Shown piece after piece: positions 50,976 to 60,919 of a stretch of DNA of 64,000 nucleotides. The stretch comes from Promethearchaeota archaeon (lineage in GTDB: Archaea > Asgardarchaeota > Lokiarchaeia > Sigyniarchaeales > SOKP01): positions 1-64,000 of the forward strand of contig JAHLWP010000009.1 in the NCBI GenBank assembly GCA_019057865.1, given 5' to 3'. Every line of letters starts with the position of its first letter. The stretch's first letter is position 1. Made by a program: the position numbers and the translations under genes. The notes below the pieces were generated by a model, which did no database searches, was not told the DNA's origin, and was given only the letters and a program-made list of their open reading frames with translations.

Positions 50976-51410
50976 TTAAAATTCAAACCTACATTTAGTA
51001 CAAACTCTCTTTTTTGCATAGATGCGTCTTGGAATATAGCTAATAATCTTAGATTTATCATCCTCTTCTCTAATAGCAAAACCCATCGCACCACAGTTAG
51101 GGCATAGCCTTTTTAGCGTGCTAGTAACTACACCGGAAGGAGTTGTAGGGGGTGCTTGTTGTGTTGGTACTGTTGGGGTAGGTACTGTTGGTGTATACGA
51201 TTGCTGGCTTGGGTAAGATGGTGGAGTTGGCTGGAGTGATACGTTTTGAATTTGAGCTTTTAATTGGCTGTTCTCATTTAGTAATTTGGTTATTTGATTT
51301 TCCTGTTGAGTGACAAGTACTTGATAATATTGAACTTGATTCCATAATTTTGTGATTTGATTCGACAATTTATTAATTATTGTTTCATAATCGGATTCGG
51401 GATCATCCAT
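50976..51410 (-). CDS. Coiled coil plus Pro/Thr-rich linker plus zinc ribbon protein
   Basis: Heptad N-terminus; PTVPTPTVP; CPNCG...CTKC. Confidence 0.75.
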   Translation of the reverse strand: MDDPESDYETIINKLSNQITKLWNQVQYYQVLVTQQENQITKLLNENSQLKAQIQNVSLQPTPPSYPSQQSYTPTVPTPTVPTQQAPPTTPSGVVTSTLKRLCPNCGAMGFAIREEDDKSKIISYIPRRIYAKKRVCTKCRFEF

Positions 51411-51619
51411 ATTGCTATATATTCTTTCCTCACATTCGACAATATTGTCGCATGTTCCTATTGTACTTAGTTTGTACTAAAATATAAATATTATTAGATT
51501 GAATTTTTTGCATAATTTAACAATTGACAGTTAAATATAAAAATCTTTATCTAAAGATATTATAGAATGAGTACATTCTAAGTAAATAAATTTAAAAACA
51601 TAAATAATTTGAGTGAAAT

Positions 51620-52075
51620 ATGCCTAATGTTAATATTAATGATACCGAGTTGTATTATATTGAACATGGTTCGGGAACTCCCTTTTTAGTTATGCATGGG
51701 GGCTTAGGAGTTGATCATACCTATTTTCGTCCAGCACTTGATCCTTTGGGTGATATTTTCAAACTGATTTTTTATGATCATAGAGGTCATGGTCGTTCTG
51801 GGCGACCACCAATCAATACAATTACGTATGAGCAACTTGCTGATGATGCTAATGCATTGAGAGAGACCTTAGGTTATGATAAAATTGGAGTTATAGGGGA
51901 TTCTGCTGGCGGATATATTGCATTGCACTATGCAATTCGCCATCAAAAAAACATCAGCTATCTGACGCATTTAAAATGCTCCAAAAAGAAGTCGCACGAG
52001 ATTCTGCAATTGCGCAAAAATATGATGATTAATATTAATCTGAAAAAAAGATATTTTTATAAATTTAGAATTTAA
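51620..52075 (+). pseudogene. 3'-truncated alpha/beta hydrolase (proline iminopeptidase-like)
   Basis: HGGLG, DHRGHG and GDSAGG; similarity ends near 51962, catalytic Asp/His region missing. Confidence 0.7.
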
Positions 52076-52084
52076 AATTTATAA

Positions 52085-53134
52085 TTACATTTTAAATGGT
52101 AATTTTGTATTAGAAGGAATTGTATCGATGTATTTCTTTCTAAATTCTTCATTTAACATAGGGCATTCTTTTTTCACCCATTCTTCCCAAAACATTGGAT
52201 TGTCCCACATTCTATCTAAAATTGTTTTCAGAGGTTCTTCCCTGACGTTTCCGAAAGTAAGCGGCATAAAGCAACAAGGCTGGACATCGCCATAAGGTGA
52301 AATATAAAAATACAATTGATCTGCTACTCCCCTGCATTGGCTTGAAGTTTGGGTTTGAAAATAGAAATCACGACAAACATAGGGAAAATCTACAATTTTT
52401 CTAACTGTTCGCTCTTCTTCCTGTGTTAGTGCTACTTCAGGATGATATAGCCATCTTCCCGCGGGAGTAGGTAATAAATATCTTACTCCATTAGCTCCAA
52501 GATCTTTTGCCAATTGGATGACCTTTTCAAACTCCCCATTAGCTAAATTTTCCTTCGTTATATAAGTAGATAAAGTACATTTTAGTCTCGCATCAAGTGC
52601 ATTTTTTATACCTTGTACAGCTTTCTCAAAAGTCCCTTTCACACCTCGTAATTCATCGTGCATTTCTGGAATAGGACTATCGATACTTACATAGAGCATT
52701 TCTAAGCCGTGTTCTTTTAATTGTTTTGCGTAATCTCTCGTAATTTTTAATCCATTTGTATCACAGAAGACGTATACAGATCTCTCTGAAGCATACTTTA
52801 TTAATTCCATGATATCTGGTCTCATGGTTGGCTCACCACCAAAAAAGTTAACTACAAACGCTTTAGCTGATTGATCTAGCACATCCTTAATTTCATCCGT
52901 TGATAGCTCTCTATTTGGCTCATTTTCGTAACTACCGACACAACAATGTGGACATGTAAGTTGACAGTTATACGTTATACCAAACATGAGATAAAAGACA
53001 TCAGCTCCTCCTCTTACGCCTCCTCTTTCTTCATTAAACCACTTAGATATAAGTTCCTGGTTATAAGTTAATGGAATTTTATATTCTTCCCATAGATTAT
53101 CTTCTTCCGAAAATCTTTCATCTTCTATTTCCAT
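52085..53134 (-). CDS. Radical SAM protein with Twitch/SPASM-like domain
   Basis: CQLTCPHC, GGEP and C...GDVQPC. Confidence 0.9.
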   Translation of the reverse strand: MEIEDERFSEEDNLWEEYKIPLTYNQELISKWFNEERGGVRGGADVFYLMFGITYNCQLTCPHCCVGSYENEPNRELSTDEIKDVLDQSAKAFVVNFFGGEPTMRPDIMELIKYASERSVYVFCDTNGLKITRDYAKQLKEHGLEMLYVSIDSPIPEMHDELRGVKGTFEKAVQGIKNALDARLKCTLSTYITKENLANGEFEKVIQLAKDLGANGVRYLLPTPAGRWLYHPEVALTQEEERTVRKIVDFPYVCRDFYFQTQTSSQCRGVADQLYFYISPYGDVQPCCFMPLTFGNVREEPLKTILDRMWDNPMFWEEWVKKECPMLNEEFRKKYIDTIPSNTKLPFKM

Positions 53135-53363
53135 TTATAATCCCACTATTTTTCTTTGGAATAAAGATTGATAGGTGAATAGATGATATTAGACTTTATA
53201 AGGATGATTATTGATTTTATTAATTTATTAAATAAATCCAAAAAAAAGATTTTTAACTAGTTAATTACCTTAATTAAGATATATTTACTAATGATGTTAA
53301 GAAATGATGGATAGAGATAACCTCGAAGAATAACAATGCAAAAAATTAGAAAAAAAAAATTTC

Positions 53364-54245
53364 TTATAAACCTTTATAGATTTTGAAACCTTGGCTAAGC
53401 CAGTATGTAACTCCTTTAACTAGCATTTCAGGAAATTGCTCAAGAGTGGATTTAGGAATTAATTTTTCAAAAACATTTTCAATTAAATAGGGAACATCGT
53501 CCAAATGGTCTGTATTCTCTTCAAATGCTTTCCAATATAGCTCATAATTTGCTATAGATTCGTCAAGAATACTTTTAGCCTCCTCGTCATAAATATAACC
53601 AAAATGATCTAAACTCATAGTCTCATAATCAATTTTTTTAAGTTTATCGATTGCTTTAAGATAAGCCTCAAGATTCCATTTAGGGGGCAAAAATGGAGGG
53701 ACGAATACATTATCTTCAACTTTCATCCCAATTATATCTCCTACGAATAAATTTTTATTTTTTTCATCAAGGATGGAAATATCATCATTCATATGACCTG
53801 GTGTCTCAAAAATTTTCAATGTTATTCCATCTAAATCAACAGTATCACCTTCTTTAAGTGGTATAATATCATCTTCAATATTGTTGAAGGGACCAGACTC
53901 AAAAACGTCGTTAAAAGATTGATCCCTTAAGTTGGGAATTGCAGCTTCAGATGCATATATTTCAATTTCTTTTCCTAATTTCTTAGCTCTCTGGCTTAGA
54001 AAAGGTATTGCTTGAACATGATCCCAATGAGAATGGGTAATAATAATTATATCAGGGGGGAAAAAATTCAATCCTTTTAGCTTTTTAAGGGTTTTACGTG
54101 CTTCAATATGAGTTCCTGAATCTATTAAACATTTTTTTCCTGCTTCTATAAGATATATAGACATTATTCTTGGAATTCCCATCATCTCAGCGTCGATTAG
54201 TGTTGTATCCTCATTAACTTTTCCTGGTGTTCTATTAGCAGTCAT
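53364..54245 (-). CDS. MBL-fold metallo-hydrolase
   Basis: THSHWDH, TPGH and VGD motifs. Confidence 0.9.
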   Translation of the reverse strand: MTANRTPGKVNEDTTLIDAEMMGIPRIMSIYLIEAGKKCLIDSGTHIEARKTLKKLKGLNFFPPDIIIITHSHWDHVQAIPFLSQRAKKLGKEIEIYASEAAIPNLRDQSFNDVFESGPFNNIEDDIIPLKEGDTVDLDGITLKIFETPGHMNDDISILDEKNKNLFVGDIIGMKVEDNVFVPPFLPPKWNLEAYLKAIDKLKKIDYETMSLDHFGYIYDEEAKSILDESIANYELYWKAFEENTDHLDDVPYLIENVFEKLIPKSTLEQFPEMLVKGVTYWLSQGFKIYKGL

Positions 54246-54487
54246 TAAATCATTTCACCTCTTTTCTTAAATAAAGATGCATAGTTGAAAAGATTATATC
54301 AGAATTTATAAGGCTAATTGTTATGAGAGAATATTAATAATTTTATGAGCTAATAAACTATTAAGATTTTTCTCTTAATGATGATTAATTATAACTTATC
54401 TGAAAGGCTCTTTTTTAATATTTAAGCGTTTTATTTAAATACTACCTTAATCTCAATTTAAATAGTTAATATTCTAGGTGGATACAA

Positions 54488-55237
54488 ATGAAAAATATGA
54501 TAGTTTGGGGTCATAGGGGTGCAGGATTAAGAGAAGTTGAAAATACATTAATATCGTTCAGAAAAGCTGTTGAAATGGGGGTTGATGGTATTAAAACAGA
54601 AGCTCAATTATCAAAAGATGGAGAAATAATCCTTCAATTCTTACCATTTCTAATAATCAATAACAATAAAATTTCGATTAAAGATTTAAATCTTGAAGAG
54701 ATTAAACAAGTTAAGCTGGAGAATGGTGATGAGATTCCTACCCTTCGTGAAATGTTTGAAGAATTTAAAAATACAATCGTGTATTGCTTTGACATAAAAG
54801 AGGTTGAAACAGGGATAAAAATAATAGATTTAGCAAAAGAATATGATCTTCTTGAAAAAATTGAAATTACTAAGCCAGCTACTCATACAGGCTCAATTGA
54901 TTCATTTTTTAAGCCATTGAGGGAGAAAAGCAGAGAAGTTACTTTAGTGATTTCTTTTTTTAATGATAAACAAATAATGGAAAACAATTATTCAGTGTTA
55001 AAAAAGTTAAAAGAACTAAATGTTCAAGTTGTAAATTTACTTCACCATCGATTTAATTTAGAAGTCTTCGAACAAGTAAAGAAAGCTGGCTTTAAATTTT
55101 ATCTCTGGGCCGTTCTTTTTAAATATTTTATGAAGAAGTACATTAATTTGAGTTACGATGGATATAAAATTGATGGAATCTTCACAAACTTTCCTGATAA
55201 ATTAGTAAACTTAAGAACAGAAGTTCAATACTTATAA
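54488..55237 (+). CDS. Glycerophosphodiester phosphodiesterase-like protein, atypical active site
   Basis: WGHRG, ENT, SKDG and FTNFP motifs. Confidence 0.8.
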   Translation: MKNMIVWGHRGAGLREVENTLISFRKAVEMGVDGIKTEAQLSKDGEIILQFLPFLIINNNKISIKDLNLEEIKQVKLENGDEIPTLREMFEEFKNTIVYCFDIKEVETGIKIIDLAKEYDLLEKIEITKPATHTGSIDSFFKPLREKSREVTLVISFFNDKQIMENNYSVLKKLKELNVQVVNLLHHRFNLEVFEQVKKAGFKFYLWAVLFKYFMKKYINLSYDGYKIDGIFTNFPDKLVNLRTEVQYL

Positions 55238-55245
55238 GAAAAAAA

Positions 55246-56199
55246 TTATTCCTCTTTAATAGATTTTTGAATATATTCCTTCATTCCCTTTATGCTATTT
55301 GATATAAACTTTTTTTCTCTTTTTTTAATTTCTTCATCAAATAGGATTACATTAGCAAAATTCTTATCTTTTTTCATTAATTCTTTAATTACGTGATCCT
55401 CAAAATCCAATTGTTCTCTCTTGATTAACGTATTCTCTATAACTTGTTTCCATATTGTTAATTGTTCTTTTGCAATCTTAAGCATTTGCTCTGCATTATC
55501 TCTAATTCCGTAATGGGCATAACAAATCTTAACATCTGCCAAATTTAAGGAAAGTAGTTTGTCAAGTGAGGCTATAGCAATATCATAATTAAAGATGGGT
55601 GGAGTTGCTGGTCGAATGTAGAATTTATTTTGTATGGGAAAGTGAACGCCTGCTGCATCTCCAATAAATAAATATCTCTGAAAGAGGTAAGAAAGATGAT
55701 GTGATGCATGTCCTATGGTTTCGATTGCTTTTATTTCTTGTCTCCCAATATTTTCCTGAAATGTTATTTTATTTTCTGGTACTGGTATAATTTCACCATA
55801 CATATCTGCTACTTCACCTAGCACCTTCTTACTGGCATTCCATAAATTCTCGGGGTTAATAAGATGTTTCATGCCTCGTGGATGACATATAACATGAGCT
55901 CTTGGGAAAAAGGAAAGAAGTTTTCCTGTTCCTCCTGCATGATCAATGTGAATATGAGTTAAAAGAATGTAATTGAGATTCTTTTTAGTAATTCCAATGG
56001 ATGCTAACTTTTCCTTTAGAAAATATATTGTTGACGCTGGACCTGGATCTACTATAAAGCACAAATCTTTATCTTTATAGACCCAAGTACTTATAAAATT
56101 GCTAAAACCTGCTCTTGGTTGTTCTAGATCGATATGATAAAGAGAATCATCAACTTTTTTAACAGCCATAAATATCAAATTAAAATTTTCTAAACTCAA
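55246..56199 (-). CDS. MBL-fold metallo-hydrolase
   Basis: THIHIDHAGG, GHASHH and GDAAG motifs. Confidence 0.9.
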   Translation of the reverse strand: MSLENFNLIFMAVKKVDDSLYHIDLEQPRAGFSNFISTWVYKDKDLCFIVDPGPASTIYFLKEKLASIGITKKNLNYILLTHIHIDHAGGTGKLLSFFPRAHVICHPRGMKHLINPENLWNASKKVLGEVADMYGEIIPVPENKITFQENIGRQEIKAIETIGHASHHLSYLFQRYLFIGDAAGVHFPIQNKFYIRPATPPIFNYDIAIASLDKLLSLNLADVKICYAHYGIRDNAEQMLKIAKEQLTIWKQVIENTLIKREQLDFEDHVIKELMKKDKNFANVILFDEEIKKREKKFISNSIKGMKEYIQKSIKEE

Positions 56200-56287
56200 A
56201 AATATGAGGAGGATAATTTAAGGAAAGATAAAAATCCAATGATAAGTAAATAAAGAACGATTAGAAAAAGATAAATGTCTGAGAGTT

Positions 56288-57559
56288 TTATTTAGAAATT
56301 TCTGCAGTCCGATAATCTACATTAGGAAGTTTTGCGATCGAGTAAGGAAGTGTTGCATCATCAGGAATCGGATCGATATAAAAATGACGGAATTTATGAT
56401 GCTGCATCCTGCAGAACGTACTTCGATGATTAAAGGCAGGATGCCTCGCCATCCTTATCCAGATCTTTTTTAGAGGCTCTTTGCGGATATTTCCAAAAGA
56501 AATGGGACAAAAATCACAAGGTGCAATATCTCCGTAAGCAGAAGCATAATACTGTATATTTGCTGCCAGACACCCAATACCTGCAAGATTTGCTTCTATA
56601 GAGTTTTGCCATGACTGAGAAGACAGAGGAGGAACAATCTTATTTTTGAATATATTAGCTGAAAATTCATATATTTCATCACGCAGCTTCCAAGTCAGCA
56701 ACTCGTCTATATTATGCAACATATTTCCTGTAGGGACACCATCAAAAAGAATTATGTTATGAACACCGAGTTTCTGACCAAGTTTATGTAGTTTTTTATA
56801 CATTCCCTGTTCTGTATTAGAACGAATGGCATAAGAAGAGAGACCAACAAATACTCCTTTTTCTTTCAATCTCTTAAGGCCCTTTATAGCCGCCTCATAA
56901 AGCCCTGGCACACCTCTCACACTATCATGTTCTTCAGGAATGGGACTATCAATACTTACAAAGATTGAATATAGACCTGCATCGACCAATTTTTGCACAT
57001 TTTCATCTGTGAGAAATTGTCCATTTGTAAACATAATAGGCATAGTCTTTCGCTTATCTACATATGAAATAAGTTCGAAAATATCATCTCTTAGCAAAGG
57101 TTCTCCTCCAGTGAAGGCCAAAATTGTCACACCAAGTTTTTGACTATCATCTATGAGTTTTTTTGCTTCTTCGGTAGTGAGTTCTTGTACATCTTTTCTT
57201 AAATGCTTTCCCGCACTACAATGAACGCACTTACACTGGCACCTATAAGTCACTGCGAAAGTCATTGCAATGGGAACGCGCCATGGTAATAAATGAGATT
57301 TTATTAACCCTCTAAATGCACGCAATTGTGGACGACTTCCAATAGGAGGCGCAAAGGTATTTGGAACTATTTTCCCTTTCCATCTTCCAAGATTATAATT
57401 TTTGTAAAATCCTGCTTGTAAAATAAGCATTACAAGTAGACGTAGTTTTTTAATGAGAGGATTTAAAATACCTGTACCAATAATCTCGCCATCGTCGAGC
57501 ATTTTGAAGCTTATGAGGTTTCTCCCAAATATTTTCAAAAATACTTGTTCTTTTTCCAT
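56288..57559 (-). CDS. Radical SAM protein with N-terminal extension
   Basis: CQCKCVHC, GGEP and GCLA...PCDF. Confidence 0.9.
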   Translation of the reverse strand: MEKEQVFLKIFGRNLISFKMLDDGEIIGTGILNPLIKKLRLLVMLILQAGFYKNYNLGRWKGKIVPNTFAPPIGSRPQLRAFRGLIKSHLLPWRVPIAMTFAVTYRCQCKCVHCSAGKHLRKDVQELTTEEAKKLIDDSQKLGVTILAFTGGEPLLRDDIFELISYVDKRKTMPIMFTNGQFLTDENVQKLVDAGLYSIFVSIDSPIPEEHDSVRGVPGLYEAAIKGLKRLKEKGVFVGLSSYAIRSNTEQGMYKKLHKLGQKLGVHNIILFDGVPTGNMLHNIDELLTWKLRDEIYEFSANIFKNKIVPPLSSQSWQNSIEANLAGIGCLAANIQYYASAYGDIAPCDFCPISFGNIRKEPLKKIWIRMARHPAFNHRSTFCRMQHHKFRHFYIDPIPDDATLPYSIAKLPNVDYRTAEISK

Positions 57560-57849
57560 GGAAACACCAAATTTCTTTTAAGTATTTTACTATTCTAGCT
57601 AATTTATTAATCTTATTAAAACTTGTAAAAAAAATTAATAATTATTCAATAAATCTTTATTTGCCTAATATTAGCCCTAAAATATATTAAATGGCTTCTT
57701 AGAATATCAAATGGTATTATTTCAATGGAAATTTATTCATGATCTTTTTTAGTATTCCTTCTTAGTAAAAAAATTAAAATGTATCGGTCAATTTTTTCTT
57801 ATATTAATTCTTTTTTATTTTTTGATTTAAAATTAATCGTGTAAATACC

Positions 57850-58653
57850 ATGTCAATATTAGGAATAGATTATGATAAATGTAGTAATTGTGGAATCTGC
57901 TTAACTACATGTTTTATGTTTAGATGGGATAAAGAGCAAGAAAAAGTTATCTTTAGTGATTCTTATAACTTATGTAATTTATGTGCTCATTGTATTGCTA
58001 GGTGTCCTGAAGATGCTATTCAACATGAGGGTATAGGGGAGGCATTTGAATATGAAGGTGTTGCTAAACCTGAAACAATTGCCTCATACGATACTATTTA
58101 CAAATTTCTCAGAGCGAATAGGTCAGTTCGACTTTATAAAAAGAAAAAAGTACCACCTGAAATACTGAGGAAGGTTTTTCAAGCAATGGAGAATGCGCCT
58201 ACTGGAGATAATAGAAGAACAGAGAACTTTTCGATTATATCAAATACTGAGCAAATAAAAAAACTTTCTGATGCTATTCAAGAGGAATTATTAAATCATC
58301 CTTTAACAAAGGAAAGATACACACGAGTTTTTCGAATTCTTGGAAAAGTTTTCCGTAGTCCTATATTTTTTGATGCTCCGCATGTAATTTTCATAGATTC
58401 TCCCGAACATCATGAAGTAGAGGCAAATAACATAGGAATTATTATTACCTATGGAAGATTAGCTGCTCAAGCACTTGGCTTAGGTACATGTTGGAATGGT
58501 TGGTCACAAATTGCAATGAATTCTAACCCTGAAATTAAAAAGTTAGCTAATATTGATGGAAAAGGAATCGGGGCGTTCATTATAGGATATCCTGCTGTTA
58601 AATTTGTTCGTTCTCCACCACGTGCTCCAAAAGAAATTAAAGGTTTAGAGTAA
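57850..58653 (+). CDS. Nitroreductase with N-terminal Fe-S domain (paralog of 45419-46231)
   Basis: Ferredoxin Cys motifs; RSVR and GLGTCW. Confidence 0.9.
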   Translation: MSILGIDYDKCSNCGICLTTCFMFRWDKEQEKVIFSDSYNLCNLCAHCIARCPEDAIQHEGIGEAFEYEGVAKPETIASYDTIYKFLRANRSVRLYKKKKVPPEILRKVFQAMENAPTGDNRRTENFSIISNTEQIKKLSDAIQEELLNHPLTKERYTRVFRILGKVFRSPIFFDAPHVIFIDSPEHHEVEANNIGIIITYGRLAAQALGLGTCWNGWSQIAMNSNPEIKKLANIDGKGIGAFIIGYPAVKFVRSPPRAPKEIKGLE

Positions 58654-58964
58654 AATTATCCCTCTATAAAAGCTAAGTAGATTGTAAGAGTTTTTCTCTT
58701 TTAGATCGAAATATTTATATATGAAAATATCATATAGTTCTATATAGAACAGTTCGATATGGAACAATATAAATAGATCAAAAAAATGGATAAGACCAGA
58801 TATTCTTGTGAAAATATTTATTTTGAGTTTCTCAATAATGGAAGAACTCAGAAAGATGATGATGATGAAATAAGGAGAAAAAGAGTTTCTGAACTGTTTA
58901 AAAAAATTAGATACAATGTTAATGATAGAATAAGGTGTGAAAAATAGAAAAGATAAAAACAGGA

Positions 58965-59510
58965 ATGAAATTGCCCCTTTTACCATTGCCGGTATGTATA
59001 ATAGGGGCTCATGTTGATGGTAAACCAAATTTTAACACTATAGTTTGGTTTAACCTATTGAATTCTCCACCTTCTCAGATAGGAGTTGCAATGTCCAAAA
59101 GGCATTACACTAATAAGGGTATTAAGGAAAATGAAGCTTTTAGCATTAATATACCTTCTGCTGAAATGGTTACGGTAACCGACTATGTTGGTTTACATTC
59201 AGGTTCTAAGGTTGATAAGTCAGAAGTATTTGAAGTGTTTTATGGAGATCTTGAAAGGGCACCAATGATAAAAGATTGTCCTTTAAATATAGAGTGCAAA
59301 TTGGCAAGAGTAATAGAATTTGAAAGAACAGAATTATTTGTAGGGGAAATTGTTGAAGTTTACACAGAAGAGAAATACTTAACTGAAAATAAACCAGATT
59401 TTAACAAAATGAATTTATTTATATTTTTAATGCCTGAAGGTCCATATTTGAGAGTTGGAGAATATCTCGCAAAAGCGTATGATATAGGAAATAGCTATAA
59501 AAAAAAATAA
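58965..59510 (+). CDS. Flavin reductase family protein (flavoredoxin-like)
   Basis: FSINIP, SGSKVDK, APMI..CP..IEC motifs; may start at ATA 58944. Confidence 0.85.
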   Translation: MKLPLLPLPVCIIGAHVDGKPNFNTIVWFNLLNSPPSQIGVAMSKRHYTNKGIKENEAFSINIPSAEMVTVTDYVGLHSGSKVDKSEVFEVFYGDLERAPMIKDCPLNIECKLARVIEFERTELFVGEIVEVYTEEKYLTENKPDFNKMNLFIFLMPEGPYLRVGEYLAKAYDIGNSYKKK

Positions 59511-59548
59511 TAAAAAATAGAAAAAAAAATAAAAAAGGGGATAGAATT

Positions 59549-59887
59549 ATGGATAAAATAATCGTATATTGTGGTCTTAATTGTGCCAAATGTCCTGCTT
59601 ATATAGCTACTCAAAAAGGAGATGAAGAAGAAATTAAAAGAATTGCTAAAGAATGGTCTGGTGAGACGATGTCTTTTAAACCGGAGGATATCTATTGTGA
59701 TGGTTGTAATATGGAAGGAAGAATTTTTAGTTGGAGTAATGAGTGTGATATAAGAAATTGTTGTATGGAGAAACAATATGAAAATTGTGCTTATTGCGAA
59801 GAGTACATCTGTGATAATTTAAAAAAGTGCTTTGAAAGAAGTCCTTCAGCTAAGCAAAATCTAGAGGAAATTAGGAAAAATATATAA
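59549..59887 (+). CDS. DUF3795-like Cys-rich protein
   Basis: CGLNC..C, CDGC and CC...C..C...C motifs. Confidence 0.8.
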   Translation: MDKIIVYCGLNCAKCPAYIATQKGDEEEIKRIAKEWSGETMSFKPEDIYCDGCNMEGRIFSWSNECDIRNCCMEKQYENCAYCEEYICDNLKKCFERSPSAKQNLEEIRKNI

Positions 59888-59909
59888 GACCTATTGAGAG
59901 GTAATACAA

Positions 59910-60371
59910 ATGGAATTAGAAGAAGCAAAAAAGCAGAGTTTAGAATTAATAGAAATGTCCAAATCAGCATATCTTACAACAATTGATCCTGATGGTTTTC
60001 CTATAACGAGGGCAATGTTTAACCTTAGAAATAAGGAGCAATTCCCCGAATTTTCTGAATTTTTTCAAAAGCAAGAAAATAAATTTGCAATATATATTGG
60101 AACTAATACATCATCCTCCAAGGTTGCTCATATAAAGAACAATCCGAAAATTAGCGTTTACTATTGTGATCCAGAAGATTTTAAAGGAGTTATGTTTGGA
60201 GGATTAGTGGAAATCGTTGAGGACCAAAATCTTAAAAAGGCCATATGGCTTGATTGGTGGACAAGATATTATGTAAAAGGACCAAATGATCCAGATTACA
60301 CACTACTCGTATTAAATCCAAAACATGCCAGATTTTATTACAAATTAAATCTAGTTAATTTTAAATTATGA
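59910..60371 (+). CDS. Pyridoxamine 5'-phosphate oxidase-like FMN-binding protein
   Basis: GFPITRAM, TNTSSSK and DPDY motifs. Confidence 0.85.
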   Translation: MELEEAKKQSLELIEMSKSAYLTTIDPDGFPITRAMFNLRNKEQFPEFSEFFQKQENKFAIYIGTNTSSSKVAHIKNNPKISVYYCDPEDFKGVMFGGLVEIVEDQNLKKAIWLDWWTRYYVKGPNDPDYTLLVLNPKHARFYYKLNLVNFKL

Positions 60372-60829
60372 AGGAAACAATGAAACAACAAAGACAGGGC
60401 GGCTTTCTGATATCTAAAATTCATCAAATATCTCAGAGAATTTTTGCCAGGGTTCTAAAGAATCATAAACTCGATGAATTTAACCCTGCTCAAGGGAGAA
60501 TTATGTTTGTACTTTGGCAGAAAGATAATATACCAATTCATGAACTTGTCGAAAGAACTCAATATAGTAAATCTACTTTAACTTCGATGTTGGATAACCT
60601 AGAAAAAGCTGGATTTATAAAACGTGTTTCATCAAAAGAAGATAGGCGAGAAATTCTAATTGCCTTAACAGAAAAGGATAGATTATTACAAGATAAATAT
60701 ATAGATATTTCTCGTGAAATGGGAAAATTTTACTACAATAGATTTAGTGATAAGGAAATAGATGACTTCGAAAATTACTTAGAAAGAATATTAGAAAATC
60801 TAATAGATTACGATACAAAACACAAATAA
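60368..60829 (+). CDS. MarR-family transcriptional regulator
   Basis: LEKAGFIKR...DRR motif. Confidence 0.9.
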   Translation: MKETMKQQRQGGFLISKIHQISQRIFARVLKNHKLDEFNPAQGRIMFVLWQKDNIPIHELVERTQYSKSTLTSMLDNLEKAGFIKRVSSKEDRREILIALTEKDRLLQDKYIDISREMGKFYYNRFSDKEIDDFENYLERILENLIDYDTKHK

Positions 60830-60919
60830 ACGAAGTTAATCAATTAAAATCTAATAAATAAAAATATTAAAAATTCAAAATTTACTATTTTTTTTTCAAA
60901 GAGTTATAGAAATACAACA

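Noticed and set aside
58786-58947. 53-codon ORF upstream of the flavin reductase
   Set aside because: No RBS or motif, and it overlaps the probable reductase start region.
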